The notes below the pieces were generated by a model. The model was given only the letters and a program-made list of their open reading frames with translations. It was not told the DNA's origin and did not search any database. DNA of 64,000 bases from Squalus acanthias (Eukaryota): contig CM059432.1 of the NCBI GenBank assembly GCA_030390025.1, positions 103,976,001 through 104,040,000 on the forward strand. Reading direction: 5' to 3'. Positions 60,993-64,000 of this stretch are shown one piece after another (the first letter of the stretch is position 1; the number at the start of each line of letters is the position of its first letter). The position numbers and the translations under genes are program-made.

Positions 60993-61530
60993 GAGCTGGA
61001 ATTTTCTGGGGTCCATGCGGGCGTGATCGGAGGCGGGTTGGGTGGGAAATTTGCAATATCTTGCAGCGGGTTGGAAACCCGCTGTAATCCCACCCCCACG
61101 CGCCTTTCCCTCGGGAGCGTTTGCCGGCGCGGCAGCGACCTGAATGGCAGAGGCAGGCGAACTAATTTAAATAATTTTCAGGTACTTGTCAGACCCTTAA
61201 GAGTCTTTTCAAACCTACCTTTAAAATTTCCCTGGCTGATTCACGCAGCTCGGGAACCATGTCTGTCAAGCTGAGGTGGAAGTTGAGTGGCCATTGATCC
61301 AGTTGATTAGTGCACAGCTTGAAAAGTACAATAAAAACTCCCACCTCACAGCTGATCACTTTCCTTAGGCAGAAGCTGTTGCTGACTGTATTGCCAGCAC
61401 AGATTTAGCTTTCTACAGGCTGCAAGTATTTCCAGCAAAATCGCCATCCAGTGTCACCTCATTGTTAGAACCTATCACATCATTGACAGATCATTGTCAT
61501 CTCTACTTGACCTGCATCTATTCCATCAGC

Positions 61531-62752
61531 ATGGGTGCCATCTATACTGTCTCACCTTGGTCCTCAGAATTGGAGCATGATGAACCCCAACACCAGCCAC
61601 ACCAGCAGCACCAACACCACCACCAACCTTCTCCTCAACCACCTGATACTGCACAGGACAGAGGCCATCAGCGCAGGGCTGCACTGCGCTGGAGGCAATA
61701 CCCCCAACACAGGATATGCAGGCAGAGGATGAGCTTCCTCAACATGACTGAGCAGCAGTGCCAAAGGAGGCTCAGGCTATCGCGCCAGGTCATCGCAGAC
61801 ATTTGCAGCTCGCTGGAGCAAGACCTGCAGCCCAGAGGAGCGGGTGGACATGCCTTACCAGTGGCTGTCAAAGTCACCACCGCCCTCAACTTCTTTGCCT
61901 CAGGCTCTTTCCAGGGATCTGCAGCAGATATTCGTGGAATCTCACAGACAGCCACCCACAGATGCATCACACAGGTCACCGATGCCCTCTTTGACAAGTC
62001 AGCCCATTAGATCAACTTTTCCACTGATGAAGCCGGTGTTAATGAGCGGGCGTTTGGCTTTGCCGCTCTGGCTGGCTTCCCATGGGTGCAGGGCGTCATT
62101 GACTGCACACATGTGGCCATCAGGGCACCCCATCATCATCCAGGAGTGTTTGTCAAACGGAACGGCTTCCACTCCCTCAATGTGCAGCTCATCTGCAACC
62201 ATAGGAAGATCATCATGCATGTGTGCCAAATTCCCTGGCAGCTGCCATGACTCTTTCGTCCTGCGCCAGTCCACCCTCCCTCAGCTCTTCGCACCTCCAA
62301 ACAGACTTCCCAGCTGGCTGCTTGGAGACAAGGGCTATCCACTGAAGACGTGGCTCATGACATCCTTGAGGAGGCCAAGTACTGAGGCCGAGGAGAGATA
62401 TAATGAAAGCCACATCTCCACCAGATGTGTCATAGAGCAGACAGTAGGCATGCTCAAAATGCGCTTCAGATGCCTTGACAGATCTGGAGGAGCCCTTCAG
62501 TACGCACCAGCCAGGGTCTCCAGAATCATCGGGGTCTGCTGCGTCCTGCACAACATAGTGCAGCAGCAAGAATTAGCGCTGTATGAGGAGCAAGGCACTG
62601 AGCGCACAGCCTCTTCAGAGGAGGAGGAGCGTCAGCTGGAAGACGAGGAGGAGGAGGAGCTGGAGGAACCTGCGGTCAAGCTCACACCAGCACCTGAGCA
62701 CATTGCTGCCCGGGAGGCCAGGGATGGGCTCATCATGGCCAGATTTACTTAA
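61531..62752 (+). pseudogene. Harbinger DDE transposase (HARBI1-like) with one stop and one frameshift
   Basis: [58 protein letters not shown] and an acidic tail. TAG at 62008 and a frameshift near 62225. Confidence 0.92.
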
Positions 62753-63046
62753 CTTTATGCTGTACACCCATATGGCTGCCACATGCTGCGCCAGGTTGGC
62801 ACCACCCCACACCAACACCATAAAGCATCCCTACAATGACCAAGTCATTCCTTTCACACTGACCACCATTGCAGGGGGTAACATTATGTCTCACCATTCA
62901 CTGCAACTCACTAAGCCACTTCCAAAGGTGCACACAAATTTTTCCAAGAAAAGTGGCGAAAATAAAAATTTTGATGTGTGACATCACAGTAATGGAAACT
63001 TTACAAAAACATTGAATAAAACACCCAAGTAGCTACCCTTGTGAAT

Positions 63047-64000
63047 CTACTTGTGTTTCCTCTTTCTGTTACGTGTGCTTCTACGAGGTGCACCCCCTGT
63101 GGCTTCAGCAGAGGTAGAGGCAGCCTCCTCACTTTCCTGCTGCAACTGCTTAGACACTCTTGCCGGATGTCCTCTGGGTTTTGGAGCCTCTGATGGCCCC
63201 ACCAAATTCTGCTCCTCCTGCGACTGTGCAAGGGCAGACTCAGCCATCACTGTCCGAGGAGGTATCTAGGGCTCTGACTGAGGGGATGGCAACGGGGGAG
63301 AAGTGTGAGAGGAGCCCACACTTCCATGTGCCCTCTTACCACCATCCCTCTCATGGGCCACCCGCACTTCCCTGCTAGCAAGGAGCTGGAGAGCACCTTG
63401 CTGTACATCAGTGGGGCCATGAGGACCCACGTCTACGTTGACATTCTTCCTAGACAGGAGGTCTATGAACCTCTGCCATCTATTCTTCATAGAGATCATG
63501 TGCTCCTGTGAGTGGTGCATTAGCTGCTCCATGCAGGTGGCCATCCTATCCATGGAAGAGCCTACTGTCGCCATCGCCTGTGACACGGTGGTGCTCATGT
63601 TGGAGATGGACTCCTCCATTCTCTGAACACTGGCAGTCATCGCACTCGCAAAACCTGTCAGAGCCTCCTGCACTTCTTCCTGCAGCTCCAGGATCGCCCT
63701 CTTTCTGGATGGCCCCCGAGGCTCAGCGTCTGCATACAGCTGAGCAGAGCTGGGAATGTCCTGCGCCCTCCGGCGAGGACTCTCCACTGCTGTCCCTGTC
63801 TCCACCATCTGCTCTTGCTCACTTGTGACTTGTGATGGACCCGGTGACAACACTACTCTATCTCGCGTGGGACCCACCGAGGTGTGCGTAGCTGCGCTGG
63901 TGCTGGGTGCGCTTATGTCTGGTGGCGGTGCACCCTCAGTGGCTGGAGGCATTGCCAAGAGGCTCTCTATCAGGCTTGCCATTGCACCTAACAATTCGGC
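63047..64000 (-). pseudogene. 3' part of the Harbinger partner (Myb/SANT-type) gene: coiled coil and basic tail
   Basis: 242-aa frame 63266-63994 with a heptad region (QRMEESISNM, compare RSMEESGTSM at 55660). Ends RRSTRNRKRKHK. Confidence 0.65.

Larger units (their letters stand above)
60993..64000. mobile_element. Second two-gene PIF/Harbinger transposon, running past the window end
   Basis: Terminus GAGCTGGAATTTTC, nuclease on + and partner gene on -, convergent. Confidence 0.85.

Noticed and set aside
61531..62752. Host HARBI1 gene
   Set aside because: It has a stop and a frameshift, lies in a TIR-bounded insertion with a partner gene, and paralogous copies are nearby. It is a transposon copy.

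Overview
This is not prokaryotic DNA. It is repeat-dense vertebrate DNA, most likely from a shark or ray (inferred from an HE1-type V-SINE, Deu-domain SINEs, abundant CR1 LINEs and Penelope tails). I found no supportable host gene, tRNA, rRNA or CRISPR array, so the window looks intronic or intergenic. Most of it is nested mobile DNA: many CR1 LINE fragments, three consecutive full-length CR1s (about 39.0-52.6 kb, one nearly intact), a second CR1-group (Zenon-like) LINE, L2 3' ends, SINEs, Penelope remnants, a non-autonomous hAT, three decayed two-gene PIF/Harbinger elements with many related MITEs, and a 1.63-kb solo LTR. Best leads: (1) a T_TTA_AAC -1 slippery heptamer at the ORF1 stop of all three CR1s, followed by a conserved -1-frame peptide, suggesting programmed frameshifting; (2) the long solo LTR with a 4-bp TSD; (3) a Harbinger/MITE radiation with A-initial 3-bp TSDs; (4) locally templated inversions. 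All coordinates were read by eye, boundaries of decayed repeats are approximate, and no database searches were run.
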